Shown: positions 19,828 through 30,040 of the stretch, in pieces
Numbering within the stretch: position 1 is the stretch's first letter
How the letters are laid out: each line of letters begins with the position of its first letter
Source: Candidatus Latescibacterota bacterium
GTDB lineage: Bacteria > Latescibacterota > UBA2968 > UBA8231
NCBI GenBank assembly: GCA_965208105.1
Contig: OZ242318.1
Location: 896,001-960,000 of the forward strand
DNA: 64,000 bases
Direction: 5' to 3'
Notes under the pieces: model-generated
Told to the model about the DNA's origin: nothing
Database searches by the model: none
What the model saw: the letters and a program-made list of their open reading frames with translations, nothing else
Translations under genes and position numbers: made by a program

Positions 19828-21198
19828 TCAAGCGTCACCAAAGGCCAGGTCGCGCGCCGCCTCCAACCCGTCGATACCGACCACTTCCACACCTTCGGGC
19901 CACCTGCCGCCCTTGAGGTTGCCGTGCGCAACGAGGCAGCGCTCGAATCCCAGGTTGGCAGCCTCGGCCACCCTGCGCTCAATCTGGTTGACCGGCCTGA
20001 TCTCCCCTCCCAGGCCCATTTCGCCGATGGCGACGGTCCTGGCATCCAGGGAACGATTGAGGAAGCTGGAGATGATGGCCAGGGCCAACCCCAGATCCGC
20101 CGCCGGCTCCTCCAGGCGGATGCCGCCGACGACATTGACGAAAATATCCTCGGAGGAAAGGTCGTAACCTCCCCGTTTTTCCAGCACCGCGATGATAATG
20201 GCCAGGCGCCTGGAATCCAGGCCCGTGGCCACCCGCTGGGGATACCCGAAGCTCGAACGACTCACCAGGGCCTGGAGTTCGACCATAAGGGGACGAGTGC
20301 CTTCCATGGTGCATACTATGGCCGACCCGGAGACGTTTTCCGCCCGCTCCGAGAGCAGAATCTCGGAGGGATTGCCCACCTCGGTCAGGCCGTGGTCGCA
20401 CATCTCGAAGATGCCGATCTCGTTGGTGGAGCCGAAGCGGTTCTTGGCGGCGCGCAGAATGCGGAAGTGATGGTGGCGCTCGCCCTCGAGATAGAGGACG
20501 GTATCCACCAGGTGTTCGAGGACGCGGGGTCCGGCCACGGTCCCCTCCTTGGTGACGTGTCCCACAAGGAAGGTGGGCATACCGATATCCTTGGCCAAGT
20601 GGACGAGGCGGGCGGCGCAGTCGCGCACCTGGGTCACACTGCCGGGCGCGCTTTCCAGCTCCGGGTGGAAGATGGTCTGGACCGAATCCACGACAGCGGC
20701 CATGGGCTCAGCCCGGCGCAACTGTTCGAGAATGGAGGCGAGATTGGTTTCGGTGAGCACCAGCAGCTCGTCCACAAGCCCGTTGATGCGCGCCGCCCGC
20801 AGGTGGATCTGGGCGCCGGACTCCTCGGCCGAAACGTATGCGACCTTCAAGCCCGACCGGGCCAGTTGACTTGCCATCTGCAGCAGCAGGGTGGACTTGC
20901 CTATTCCGGGATCGCCTCCTACCAGTACCGCCGATCCTGCCATGATTCCCCCACCCAGAACCCGGTCGAATTCCGCCATCCCGATCAGCATCCGCTCCCT
21001 GTCACGGCCCTGCACCTGGGTGACCGGCTTGAGCACCCCCGGCCGCCCCGGCTGCCGCCCTCGCCCCTGGTCCACCAGCTCCAACCGCTCCTCGACGCAG
21101 GAATTCCACTCGCCGCATCCGGGACAGCGCCCGAACCAGCGCGGCGCGGCATGGCCACATGCCTGGCAGGCGTATCGAGTCCGCGCCTTTCTAGCCAT
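19828..21198 (-). CDS. radA: DNA repair protein RadA/Sms
   Basis: CxxC..CxxC finger, GGDPGIGKSTL, KNRFG, Lon-like C-terminus. Confidence 0.97.
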   Translation of the reverse strand: MARKARTRYACQACGHAAPRWFGRCPGCGEWNSCVEERLELVDQGRGRQPGRPGVLKPVTQVQGRDRERMLIGMAEFDRVLGGGIMAGSAVLVGGDPGIGKSTLLLQMASQLARSGLKVAYVSAEESGAQIHLRAARINGLVDELLVLTETNLASILEQLRRAEPMAAVVDSVQTIFHPELESAPGSVTQVRDCAARLVHLAKDIGMPTFLVGHVTKEGTVAGPRVLEHLVDTVLYLEGERHHHFRILRAAKNRFGSTNEIGIFEMCDHGLTEVGNPSEILLSERAENVSGSAIVCTMEGTRPLMVELQALVSRSSFGYPQRVATGLDSRRLAIIIAVLEKRGGYDLSSEDIFVNVVGGIRLEEPAADLGLALAIISSFLNRSLDARTVAIGEMGLGGEIRPVNQIERRVAEAANLGFERCLVAHGNLKGGRWPEGVEVVGIDGLEAARDLAFGDA

Positions 21199-22096
21199 TG
21201 CCGCCGGCCCTGGAGATGGCCCCCGCGGCTCGTCCGACAAGGACCCGGGGAGTATGGCTCAAATCCGCGCGGGTTTCAACGGTCTCGAACAGAGATGAAG
21301 ACTCCAGAAGTCCTCCAACGGCCTCGGCCTGGCCGTCCCCGACCTCGAGGACCATGAACCCGCCCGGTCGCAGAAAATCAGCGGCTTGCTCCACTATGCG
21401 GCGGAAATATTGCAACCCATCGCTTCCGCCGTCGAGGGCCAGCCGCGGCTCGTGGTCGCGTACCTCGGGAAGAAGACCGGCGATATCCCCGCTGCACACA
21501 TAGGGAGGATTGCTGGCGATTACATCGAAAATCTGCGACCCCGGCATTCCATTCAGCGCCTCGAAAAGATCGCCGCAAAGGATATCCAGGCGGCCGCTCA
21601 CCCCGTTGCGCTCGGCGTTCCGCCGCGTTGTTTCAACCGCCTCCGGCGAGATATCCACGGCCACCAGATGCGCCTCGGGGCATTCGTGGGCCAGGGCAAC
21701 GGCAATGGCCCCGCAGCCACAACCCAGGTCCAGGATGCGGGGCTCGTCAAGCCGGACCACCAGCTCGAGGACTGCCTCGACCACGATCTCCGTCTCGGGC
21801 CTCGGGATGAATACCGACCTGGACAGAGCGAAAATCAGATGGCGGAACCCGGCCTCGCCGGTAATGTACTGAACGGGAACTCCCTGAAGGCGCTGCCTTA
21901 CGGAGTCGCGGTAGGAATCCACCTCGGCCTTGTCCAACGCCCTCTCGAACTGCAGGTAGAGGTCGAGCCGGCGCAAGCCGAGGACCGCCGCCAACAGGAG
22001 CTCGGCCTGCAGGCGCGCATTTTCCATTCCTCTGGACATAAAAAAGCTGCTCGTCCGGTTGAGGAGGTCGAGCAGCTTCCAGCCCCCACTCTTCAT
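21191..22096 (-). CDS. prmC: Release factor glutamine methyltransferase
   Basis: PVQYITG, IPRPETE, DLGCGCG, SNPPY, ALDGG; follows prfA. Confidence 0.95.
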   Translation of the reverse strand: MKSGGWKLLDLLNRTSSFFMSRGMENARLQAELLLAAVLGLRRLDLYLQFERALDKAEVDSYRDSVRQRLQGVPVQYITGEAGFRHLIFALSRSVFIPRPETEIVVEAVLELVVRLDEPRILDLGCGCGAIAVALAHECPEAHLVAVDISPEAVETTRRNAERNGVSGRLDILCGDLFEALNGMPGSQIFDVIASNPPYVCSGDIAGLLPEVRDHEPRLALDGGSDGLQYFRRIVEQAADFLRPGGFMVLEVGDGQAEAVGGLLESSSLFETVETRADLSHTPRVLVGRAAGAISRAGGNG

Positions 22097-23205
22097 TTGT
22101 TGCTCTGTCCGGCTACCCCCTTCAGCGCGTCCTCCTGTGCCGCCTGGACCAACCGCCGGACGAACTCCTCGATGTCCCCGTCCAGGACCTCGTCGAGACG
22201 ATACAGGGTGAGGTTGATGCGGTGGTCGGTAACGCGTCCATCGGGAAAGTTGTATGTCCGGATCTTGGCGCTGCGGTCCCCCGTGCCGATCTGCTGCCGC
22301 CGGTCCTGTGAAATCTTCTCCTGCTGTTCGGCGCGATACAGGTCCAGCAGGCGCGCCCGCAGTACCTTGAGCGCCTTGTTCTTGTTCTTCAACTGCGACT
22401 TCTCGTCCTGGCAGGAAACCACCAGTCCCGTCGGCAGATGGGTTACGCGCACGGCCGAATCGGTAGTGTTGACGCTTTGGCCTCCCGGCCCGCTGGAACG
22501 GTAGACATCGATCTGCAGATCTCCCGGCTCAATCTCCACGTCGACTTCCTCGGCCTCCGGCAGCACGGCCACCGAAGCCGCAGAGGTATGGATGCGCCCG
22601 CTCGACTCCGTCTTGGGCACCCGCTGCACTCGATGAACCCCGCTTTCGAACTTGAACTTGGCGAATACCTCCTTCCCCGCCACCATGAACACTATTTCCT
22701 TGAATCCCCCGGAGGGATTCAGGCTGGAGGCCAGGGGTTCGATCTTCCAGTTGTTGCGTTCGGCAAAACGGGAGTAGAGGCGGAAGAGATCGCTGGCGAA
22801 CAATCCCGCTTCATCGCCGCCGGCCCCCGCCCTGATCTCGACCATGGCATTGCGGCTGTCATTGGGGTCCTTGGGAATCAGCTCGAGCTTGATCCGGTCT
22901 TCCAGCCTGCGGATCTCCTCCCCGGCCTCCTCGGCTTCTGCCAGGGCCAGCTCCACGAGGTCGGCATCCTGCCCTTCCTCGATGATCTCCTCGGCTTCCT
23001 GCAGGCGATTTCTCACCCGGCGGTAGCGGCCCGACAGCTCCACGATATCGCGCAGGTCTCCCAGTTCCCTGGCCAGCTTCTGGAATTGCCGGGGATTGCG
23101 GCTGAACCCCGGGTCTGCCAATTGCGCGCTCAGGGCATCGAAGCGTTCCTCGAATTCTCGCAGTTGATCGAGCACGACGAGCTGTCTTCCATTCGGTCCG
23201 TACAT
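22093..23205 (-). CDS. prfA: Peptide chain release factor 1 (start may be GTG at 23175)
   Basis: GVHRVQRVPKTE (PxT), GPGGQ, IRTYNFP. Confidence 0.97.
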   Translation of the reverse strand: MYGPNGRQLVVLDQLREFEERFDALSAQLADPGFSRNPRQFQKLARELGDLRDIVELSGRYRRVRNRLQEAEEIIEEGQDADLVELALAEAEEAGEEIRRLEDRIKLELIPKDPNDSRNAMVEIRAGAGGDEAGLFASDLFRLYSRFAERNNWKIEPLASSLNPSGGFKEIVFMVAGKEVFAKFKFESGVHRVQRVPKTESSGRIHTSAASVAVLPEAEEVDVEIEPGDLQIDVYRSSGPGGQSVNTTDSAVRVTHLPTGLVVSCQDEKSQLKNKNKALKVLRARLLDLYRAEQQEKISQDRRQQIGTGDRSAKIRTYNFPDGRVTDHRINLTLYRLDEVLDGDIEEFVRRLVQAAQEDALKGVAGQSNK

Positions 23206-23274
23206 GAAAAAAGGCGATAAAACCGTTCCTGCAGGAAAGTGGTCCCATCGCCTTGAAGAGCGGAGTATCCGCGC

Positions 23275-23523
23275 CTAAGCCTCGGCGGTCTCCTGGCCTG
23301 CGGAGGGGGTGGCAGTGGCCGTCCCGCGCTGGTAACGGCGGTTGAACTGCTCGATCCTGCCTCCCCTGTCGGCTAGCATCTGCCGTTTTCCGGTGTAAAA
23401 TGGATGGCATACCGAACACACGTCCACGTGCATTTTGGCGACCGTGGAACGGAGCTCTACCACATTGCCGCACACGCAGGAGATAGTGGCTTCGACATAT
23501 TTGGGATGGATGCCGTCTTGCAA
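23275..23523 (-). CDS. rpmE: 50S ribosomal protein L31 (Zn-binding type)
   Basis: TTG start; [21 protein letters not shown]. Confidence 0.95.
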   Translation of the reverse strand: MQDGIHPKYVEATISCVCGNVVELRSTVAKMHVDVCSVCHPFYTGKRQMLADRGGRIEQFNRRYQRGTATATPSAGQETAEA

Positions 23524-23601
23524 GATCAAAACCTCTCTTGTCTCGGGGTCAATGCTGATGAATAAAATAGTCTCATCCGATGGGGATGGCAAGGATGGGA
23601 C

Positions 23602-24882
23602 TCATTCGTTCATGGCCTTGAGGAATTCCTCGTTGGTTTTGGTGCCGCGCATGCGCTCGAGCAGGAATTCCATGCCTTCGATAACGCCCATCTGGTTGAG
23701 GATCCGCCTCAGCACGTAGGATCGATTCAGCTCGAACTCCGAGAGCAGCAGCTCCTCCTTGCGGGTGCTGGTGGCAGTAACGTCGATGGAAGGAAAGACG
23801 CGGCGGTTGCTCAACCTGCGGTCGAGCTTGACCTCCATATTGCCCGTTCCCTTGAACTCCTCGAAGATGACCTCGTCCATGCGGCTTCCGGTTTCAACCA
23901 ATGCCGTTGCAATGATGGTCATGCTGCCGCCGTCCTCCACGTTGCGCGCCGCGGCGAAGAATTTGCGCGGCCACTGCAGGGCGGTGGAATCCACGCCGCC
24001 GGTGAGAATGCGGCCACTGTGCGGGGTCACGGTGTTGTAGGCCCGCGCCAGACGCGTGATGCTGTCCAGCAAGATAACGACATCGCGGCGGTGTTCTACC
24101 AGGCGGCGCGCTTTCTCGATGACCATTTCCGCCACCTGGACGTGGCGGGTAGCCGGCTCGTCAAAGGTGGAGCTGACCACTTCTCCGTCCACCGAGCGCA
24201 GCATGTCGGTGACCTCCTCCGGACGCTCGTCAATGAGCAGGACGATAAGGATGACCTCCGAATGGTTCTTGGTGATGCTGTTGGCGATCTTCTGGAGGAG
24301 CACCGTCTTTCCGGTGAAGGGAGGAGCCACGATGAGGCCCCGCTGCCCCTTGCCGATGGGAGAAAGCAAATCCAGGGTCCGCGTGGTCATGTCGCTGGGA
24401 TCGAATTCCAGCCGAAAGCGCTCGTCGGGGTGGAGGGCGGTCAAATTCTCGAAGATCGTCTTGTTCTTGGTTACCTCCGGGTCTTCGAAATTAATGGCTT
24501 CGACCCGCAGCAGGGCAAAGTACTTTTCGTCGTTCTTCGGCGGGCGGATCTGTCCCGAAATCGTATCGCCCGTTCTCAGGCTGAAACGCTTGATCTGGGA
24601 GTGGGAAACGTAGATGTCGTCGGGGCCCGGGAGATAGTTGTAGCTGGGAGAACGCAAAAATCCGAAGCCCTCTTCGAGAACCTCGAGCACCCCCTGGGCA
24701 AAGATCAAGCCACTCCGTTCAGTCTGGTGCTTCAGGATCGCAAAGATGAGCTCCTGCTTGCGCAGTGCAGTGTAGTTGAGGACCTCTTGCCTGCGGGCCA
24801 ACTCCTGCAGATCCATGATATTCATGCGCTGGAGTTCGACAATATTCATCTTCTGATTCTGACTCTTGCTTGCTACGGACAT
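23602..24882 (-). CDS. rho: Transcription termination factor Rho
   Basis: [41 protein letters not shown]. Confidence 0.98.
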   Translation of the reverse strand: MSVASKSQNQKMNIVELQRMNIMDLQELARRQEVLNYTALRKQELIFAILKHQTERSGLIFAQGVLEVLEEGFGFLRSPSYNYLPGPDDIYVSHSQIKRFSLRTGDTISGQIRPPKNDEKYFALLRVEAINFEDPEVTKNKTIFENLTALHPDERFRLEFDPSDMTTRTLDLLSPIGKGQRGLIVAPPFTGKTVLLQKIANSITKNHSEVILIVLLIDERPEEVTDMLRSVDGEVVSSTFDEPATRHVQVAEMVIEKARRLVEHRRDVVILLDSITRLARAYNTVTPHSGRILTGGVDSTALQWPRKFFAAARNVEDGGSMTIIATALVETGSRMDEVIFEEFKGTGNMEVKLDRRLSNRRVFPSIDVTATSTRKEELLLSEFELNRSYVLRRILNQMGVIEGMEFLLERMRGTKTNEEFLKAMNE

Positions 24883-25390
24883 CGCTCTCCTCGCGTCCAA
24901 TTTTAGGAGTGTTGGGACCCCGGACTCTGCCGGCGCCGGGTCAGCGCCAATGACGAGATAGCTCGGGGAAGGATTTATCGTTCCTTGTTTTCTCTATCTT
25001 TCGGGCGGCAATGCGAGACAATCCCCGGCCGCCCCGAGCCTGCGGACATTCTTCCTGGACAAGGCACTGCCAAGATTCAAGTGATTGAGGTCAGGGGGCT
25101 GCGAGTCCAGGGTAATCCCGAATACCAACTCGGCCACTTAATAGAATGTCAAAAGATTGTCAAAGGTAATGAAGCGATATGTTGCAGGAGGCTTTCTTTT
25201 TCGACGCAGGATCTGTAGGGACGTGGTGATGACGAGGTGAAGAATACGTTGAAGAGTCTTGAGGCCTTATTCTGAATTCAAAGCCGGCGGCATACCCGGC
25301 GCATGAATGTATCCCTGAACTTTAACCCGAAGTACTTTCCACTGTCTGATTATTGGGAAATGGGGCGCGGAAGTTTGAAGTGGGTCGAAA

Positions 25391-25417
25391 ATTATAAAGA
25401 AAGTTCGGGTTTGTCAA
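25391..25417 (-). promoter_or_regulatory. Candidate sigma70 promoter for the rho operon
   Basis: Minus strand TTGACA-15 nt-TATAAT (perfect hexamers, short spacer). Confidence 0.5.
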
Positions 25418-25541
25418 GCTCTTTCCTCCAAGCACCAACCCGATCATCCAGCGACCGGCGAAATTCGCAGGCAATCCGGGATTGGTCGCTGGATAGTTGA
25501 GGGGTGAGGACCGACAGGCATTGACAACCCGGACCGCTCAC

Positions 25542-25579
25542 AAAGAGAAACCCCCGCAGCCATAGCCGGCGAGGGTTTC
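25542..25579 (-). terminator. Intrinsic terminator after the EF-hand protein gene
   Basis: Minus strand GAAACCCTCGC...GCGGGGGTTTC followed by TCTTT. Confidence 0.6.
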
Positions 25580-25600
25580 CACTGAAAGATGTGCCGAGCC

Positions 25601-26332
25601 TTACAAGCCTTCGTATGCCCGCACCTCATCGGCGTTGACAATTGTTTTGTTGAAATCCTCTGCAAAAAGAAAGAAATCTTCGAAGTCAATCCTGCCATTC
25701 CGGTCAATGTCGAAAAGCAGGCTGTAGTCCGATTCACCATCTTCCGTGCCGAATCGCTCGGCAAAGAGGAAAAAGTCTTCGAAAGTGACTTGATTTCCAG
25801 CACGGCTGAACCATCCCAGTACGGGATTGCCCTCGGAGTCGAGGGGCACCACCCCGGAACCGAAGCCCGCGACGATAGCCCGCGCCTGGTCTTCGGGGGA
25901 TCCCTGCTCCACATCGAGGTCGGTCTCGTTGTCCTGGTCAAAGGGACGCACGGAATAGATATAAACGGTTCCCTCGGTTACATCGTCGTCCATATAGGTG
26001 GACACCCCCGCCCCAACCGTCGCTATCAATTCTTCAGAGCTTTCTCCCGCCTGACGATAGATGCGGTACCCCAGAACACCGCCGCGGGGGACCACCCTGC
26101 CGCCGAACGCGGAAAATGAGCGCGCATCGTCCGTGGACAGGGACCAGGTCAATGTGACACTCTCCCCCACCAATCCGGGAGTATCGGCGGCCTGCAGGTC
26201 TCCTATGGCCGCCGGGGGGATGTTGTCGCGTGCGGCCACCGCCTCCGAACCGGTCAACTGGGCATTGACTCCTCCGGCCAGAGTCATGGTGGCCAACAGG
26301 GCAAAAATCGGAATCCTACTCAACTTTTCCAT
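25601..26332 (-). CDS. Secreted Fn3-like plus EF-hand/dockerin-like protein
   Basis: Signal peptide; VTLTW..GYRIYR..YIYSVRPFD; VTFEDFFLFAERFG, FDIDRNGRIDFEDFFLFAEDF. Confidence 0.8.
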   Translation of the reverse strand: MEKLSRIPIFALLATMTLAGGVNAQLTGSEAVAARDNIPPAAIGDLQAADTPGLVGESVTLTWSLSTDDARSFSAFGGRVVPRGGVLGYRIYRQAGESSEELIATVGAGVSTYMDDDVTEGTVYIYSVRPFDQDNETDLDVEQGSPEDQARAIVAGFGSGVVPLDSEGNPVLGWFSRAGNQVTFEDFFLFAERFGTEDGESDYSLLFDIDRNGRIDFEDFFLFAEDFNKTIVNADEVRAYEGL

Positions 26333-26566
26333 ACGAGTTTACCTCCTCCTGCACGCAAGGACGATATTTGGACGATTTTTCAAATTCCCTGATTCCAAAT
26401 CCGGTCGATGGATAATTTACGTCGCGCCCCATTCGAGGTCAAGGGAATTCTGGCCGGATTTCCCCGCGCTCCGGTCCTTGACCGGCCCGGCGCGGAAGAA
26501 TATCTTTGGAGCCCTTTCAAACAGGCCTCTTTCCAGGCTGGATGGAGGCGAAATTCCCCCCGCCCA

Positions 26567-28354
26567 ATGGCCCGCATTCCCGACGAAACCATCGAGCGCA
26601 TCCAGGCCGCCACGGATATCGTCGACCTCGTCTCCGAGTATGTCGAACTCAGGAAGCGAGGGCGCAATTTTTTCGGTCCCTGCCCGTTCCACACCGAGAG
26701 AACCCCTTCCTTCAGCGTCAATCCCCAACTTCAAATCTACCGCTGCTTTGGCTGCGGCGCCGGCGGCAATGCCTTCAAATTCATTCAGGAGATTGACAAC
26801 GTCAGCTTCGTCGAGGCGGTCTCCTTCCTCGCCCGGCGCAGCGGCATAGCCCTGCCCCAGTCCGGGGCAACGGCTGATCTGGGAGAGTTCAGCGATCCGG
26901 TATACCGGGCAAACGAGTTGGCGCAGAAATACTTCCACCACATGTTACTCGTTGACGAGGGAGGCCGGGATGCGCTCGGATACCTCTTGGGCCGGGGCAT
27001 CCAGGACGAGACCATTGCGCGCTTCGGCCTTGGCTATGCCCCGCCCCGCTGGGATGCCTTGCTCAAGGTTCTGAACCGGCGCGATTTCGATTCCGCCCTC
27101 GCCGAGAAGGCCGGCCTGGCGCTGCCCCGCCAGAGCGGCCAGGGCCACTACGACCGCTTCAGAGACCGGATCACCTTTCCCATTGCCAATCTGTCTGGCC
27201 GCACCATTGCCTTCGGGGCCCGCTCCCTGAGGTCGGACCAGGAGCCCAAGTACTTGAACTCTCCGGAGAGTCCGATCTACCGCAAGAGCCGGGTGCTGTA
27301 TGGCTTGAATCAGACCCGCGGTGAAATTCGCCGGGCAGGACTCGTTCTGGTCGTGGAAGGCTACATGGACCTGCTCAGTCTGGTGCAGCGGGGCATTCCC
27401 AACGTGGTGGCTTCGGCCGGGACGGCACTTACCCCCGAGCAGAGCCAGGTCCTGGGGCGCTACGCCCCGGAGGTGGTCCTCGTCTTCGATGGCGATCTGG
27501 CCGGTTCTTCCGCGGCTCAGCGCGCAGTCGAGGTGCTCCTGGGCACGGGCATGGACGCTAGGGTGGTATCTCTCCCCCCTGAACACGACCCGGACTCCTT
27601 TGTCCGGGAGGAAGGTCCCGACGCGCTGCTGGCTGCCGTGGAGAAGGCACAGTCCGTGCTCGACTTCTACCTGGATCAAACCGCCCGCCGGAGCGATCTG
27701 ACCACCGTTCAGGGCAAGACCAGGGCCATCGAAGCGTTCAAGCCCCTGCTCGCCCGCTGCCGGGACGCGGTGCGGCGGGACCTGATGCTGCGCGAGGCGG
27801 CCCAGCGCCTCGGCGTCGACGAACCCGCCCTGCGCCAGGAAGTTCAGCGCCTCTTCCGCAGCAGGCGGCCGGCGGACAGGCTCTCCGCAGCGCCTTCTGC
27901 CGGTCGGGAGGACCCTCCCCTGTGGGAGAAGGAATTTCTGGGTCTGCTGCTTGCCCATCCCTCCTACATTTCCCGCACGGCGGAAATCCTCGAGCCCGAG
28001 GCCTTCGTCGACGTCCGCTCTCAGCGCATCGTTCGGGTTCTATTCCAGGAATATCAGGGCGCCGAAGCCCTCGATCTCTCCCTCCTCATGAGCAGAATCG
28101 AGGACGAGGCCACCGTCAAATTGCTTTCGGCATGTGCGATGCTGGAACTTTCGGAGGCGCAAGTCGAAGAATACTGGCGGGACACCATGCTGCGTTTCCA
28201 GTCCGGATCTCTGACGCGCCGGATCGATCAGTTGAAGCAAAGCCTGACCGCCGCCGCCCGGAGCGGGGACGACGCAGCCACCGAGCAACTGACCTCCGAG
28301 TTGGATGACCTGGTGAAAAGGCGCATGGATCTGGAAGCCCCACAAGGGTCTTGA
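26567..28354 (+). CDS. dnaG: DNA primase
   Basis: CPFH...CFGC zinc finger, PKYLNSPE, VEGYMD, FDGD.AG, HDPD. Confidence 0.97.
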   Translation: MARIPDETIERIQAATDIVDLVSEYVELRKRGRNFFGPCPFHTERTPSFSVNPQLQIYRCFGCGAGGNAFKFIQEIDNVSFVEAVSFLARRSGIALPQSGATADLGEFSDPVYRANELAQKYFHHMLLVDEGGRDALGYLLGRGIQDETIARFGLGYAPPRWDALLKVLNRRDFDSALAEKAGLALPRQSGQGHYDRFRDRITFPIANLSGRTIAFGARSLRSDQEPKYLNSPESPIYRKSRVLYGLNQTRGEIRRAGLVLVVEGYMDLLSLVQRGIPNVVASAGTALTPEQSQVLGRYAPEVVLVFDGDLAGSSAAQRAVEVLLGTGMDARVVSLPPEHDPDSFVREEGPDALLAAVEKAQSVLDFYLDQTARRSDLTTVQGKTRAIEAFKPLLARCRDAVRRDLMLREAAQRLGVDEPALRQEVQRLFRSRRPADRLSAAPSAGREDPPLWEKEFLGLLLAHPSYISRTAEILEPEAFVDVRSQRIVRVLFQEYQGAEALDLSLLMSRIEDEATVKLLSACAMLELSEAQVEEYWRDTMLRFQSGSLTRRIDQLKQSLTAAARSGDDAATEQLTSELDDLVKRRMDLEAPQGS

Positions 28355-28406
28355 CCACACCTGAAAATCCCTTAGTTTAACCCACGCTGTCCGGCAGCAG
28401 CCAGGA

Positions 28407-28483
28407 GGGCCCATAGCTCAGTTGGTTAGAGCGACGGACTCATAATCCGTTGGTCGTAGGTTCGAGTCCTACTGGGCCCACCA
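28407..28483 (+). tRNA. tRNA with CAT anticodon, most likely tRNA-Ile2 (lysidine) rather than Met
   Basis: GGGCCCA/TGGGCCC acceptor stem, ACGGA-CTCATAA-TCCGT arm, GGTTCGAGTCC, CCA end. Paired first base and no GGG/CCC anticodon stem exclude fMet. Confidence 0.9.
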
Positions 28484-28666
28484 TCAAACAACACGCTCTG
28501 GATCATGTGCCTGTATTCTCCAGCCCGGATACTCTCGCGGACCCTCTTCGATAAAGGGGGCCCGTCAGTGCCGGGAATGTCATCATCGATCTGACCCCTC
28601 CTCTCAATCAACCCTGTATCCAGGAATGACAGGCGAAGAGCTGGCTTCGCGCGGCACGAAAATTCG

Positions 28667-28743
28667 GGGCGATTAGCTCAGCTGGTTAGAGCGCTGGTTT
28701 CACATACCAGAGGTCACTGGTTCAAGTCCAGTATCGCCCACCA
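28667..28743 (+). tRNA. tRNA-Val(CAC)
   Basis: GGGCGAT/ATCGCCC acceptor, CTGGT-TTCACAT-ACCAG arm, GGTTCAAGTCC, CCA. Confidence 0.95.
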
Positions 28744-28901
28744 TGCTACATCGACGGACAGAGAGTTCGAGAACTGAAACCCTCGTGCTCTCTGTCCTGT
28801 TTTCGCACCTGACCATGCTCAATTCAGGGAGCCGGCCGGAATGACCTCGCATCGGCGCGGCAACAGCATCCTTGCACATAGGGGGAAACGGGAATAGCAA
28901 C

Positions 28902-29963
28902 ATGCCCCATTTTACCGCAAAAGAACTTGAAAAGGCGGCCGCGGACATCGTCACGGCCGCCGGCGCGTCACCTGAAAACGCACAAATCGTCGCCGAGCTT
29001 CTGGCCGAGGCCAACAGCACCGGTCACGATTCCCACGGCCTCATCCGCATCCCCCAGTACCTGGCCGCAGTCGACAAGGGCGAGGTGATCTGCGATGCCG
29101 AGGTCGAGGTCCTGAAGGAAAGCAAGCTCATGGCGATCGTCGACGGGCACTGGGGATTCGGGCAGGTGACCATGAGCCGGGCCGTGGAGGTCGGACTCCG
29201 CAAGGCGGGGGAAAACGGCATGGCCGCCATCGCGGTGCGCGGGGCCAACCACATCGGGCGTCTCGGAAGCTATGTCGAACGGATCGCGCGGCGGGAAATG
29301 ATCGGGTTGCTCTTCGTAAATGCCGTGGGCACTCCCGCGTACAGAATGGCGCCCTGGGGCGGGACCGAACCCCGCCTCGTCACCGATCCCCTGGCCGTGG
29401 GAATCCCCTCTGCAACCCTCGAACCCGTCGTCGTCGACATGACCACCACGGTGGTCGCCGAGGGAAAGGTACGGGTGAGGCGCAACCGCGGGGAAGAGAC
29501 TCCCGACGGTTGGCTTCTCGATCCGGATGGGAAACCCACCAACGATCCCAACATGCTCTACGGAGACCCGCCGGGCAGCATTCTGCCATTGGGGGGAACC
29601 GCCGCGGGCCACAAGGGCTACGGTCTCAACGTGGCCATCGAACTGCTGGCCGGCGTGCTGAGCGGCACGGGGTGCATCGGCAAGGACCAGCAGCTCAGCA
29701 ACGGAGTGCTGTTGATCCTCCTGGATATTTCCCAGTTTCTTCCCCTGGAGGAATTCTACCGCGAAGCCGGGACCTTCATCAGCCACGTCAAGTCCTCACC
29801 GCCGGCTGCGGGCTTCGAAGAGATCCTGCTTCCCGGGGAGATCGAACAGAAGGTCAAGCGCCAGCGGGCGGCCGAAGGCATCTTCATAGAGGACGAGACC
29901 TGGTCGCAGGTCGTGGACTGGGGCCGCAAGCTGGGGGTGGACCTGCAGCGCGGTCCTGGATGA
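28902..29963 (+). CDS. Ldh-2 (malate/L-lactate dehydrogenase type 2) family oxidoreductase
   Basis: GHDSHGL, DGHWGFGQ, NHIGRLG, DMTT, GHKGYGL, LPGEIE. Confidence 0.9.
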   Translation: MPHFTAKELEKAAADIVTAAGASPENAQIVAELLAEANSTGHDSHGLIRIPQYLAAVDKGEVICDAEVEVLKESKLMAIVDGHWGFGQVTMSRAVEVGLRKAGENGMAAIAVRGANHIGRLGSYVERIARREMIGLLFVNAVGTPAYRMAPWGGTEPRLVTDPLAVGIPSATLEPVVVDMTTTVVAEGKVRVRRNRGEETPDGWLLDPDGKPTNDPNMLYGDPPGSILPLGGTAAGHKGYGLNVAIELLAGVLSGTGCIGKDQQLSNGVLLILLDISQFLPLEEFYREAGTFISHVKSSPPAAGFEEILLPGEIEQKVKRQRAAEGIFIEDETWSQVVDWGRKLGVDLQRGPG

Positions 29964-30040
29964 AAACCGCCCCTACCCTGTTTTCAGCCGATCCCTCCAG
30001 GCAAACTTCGAAGAGGCGATGATCCATGGGTTCACAGGCG

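Noticed and set aside
28484-28900. Integration site (att) next to the tRNAs
   Set aside because: No duplicated tRNA 3' end or integrase seen in the window.
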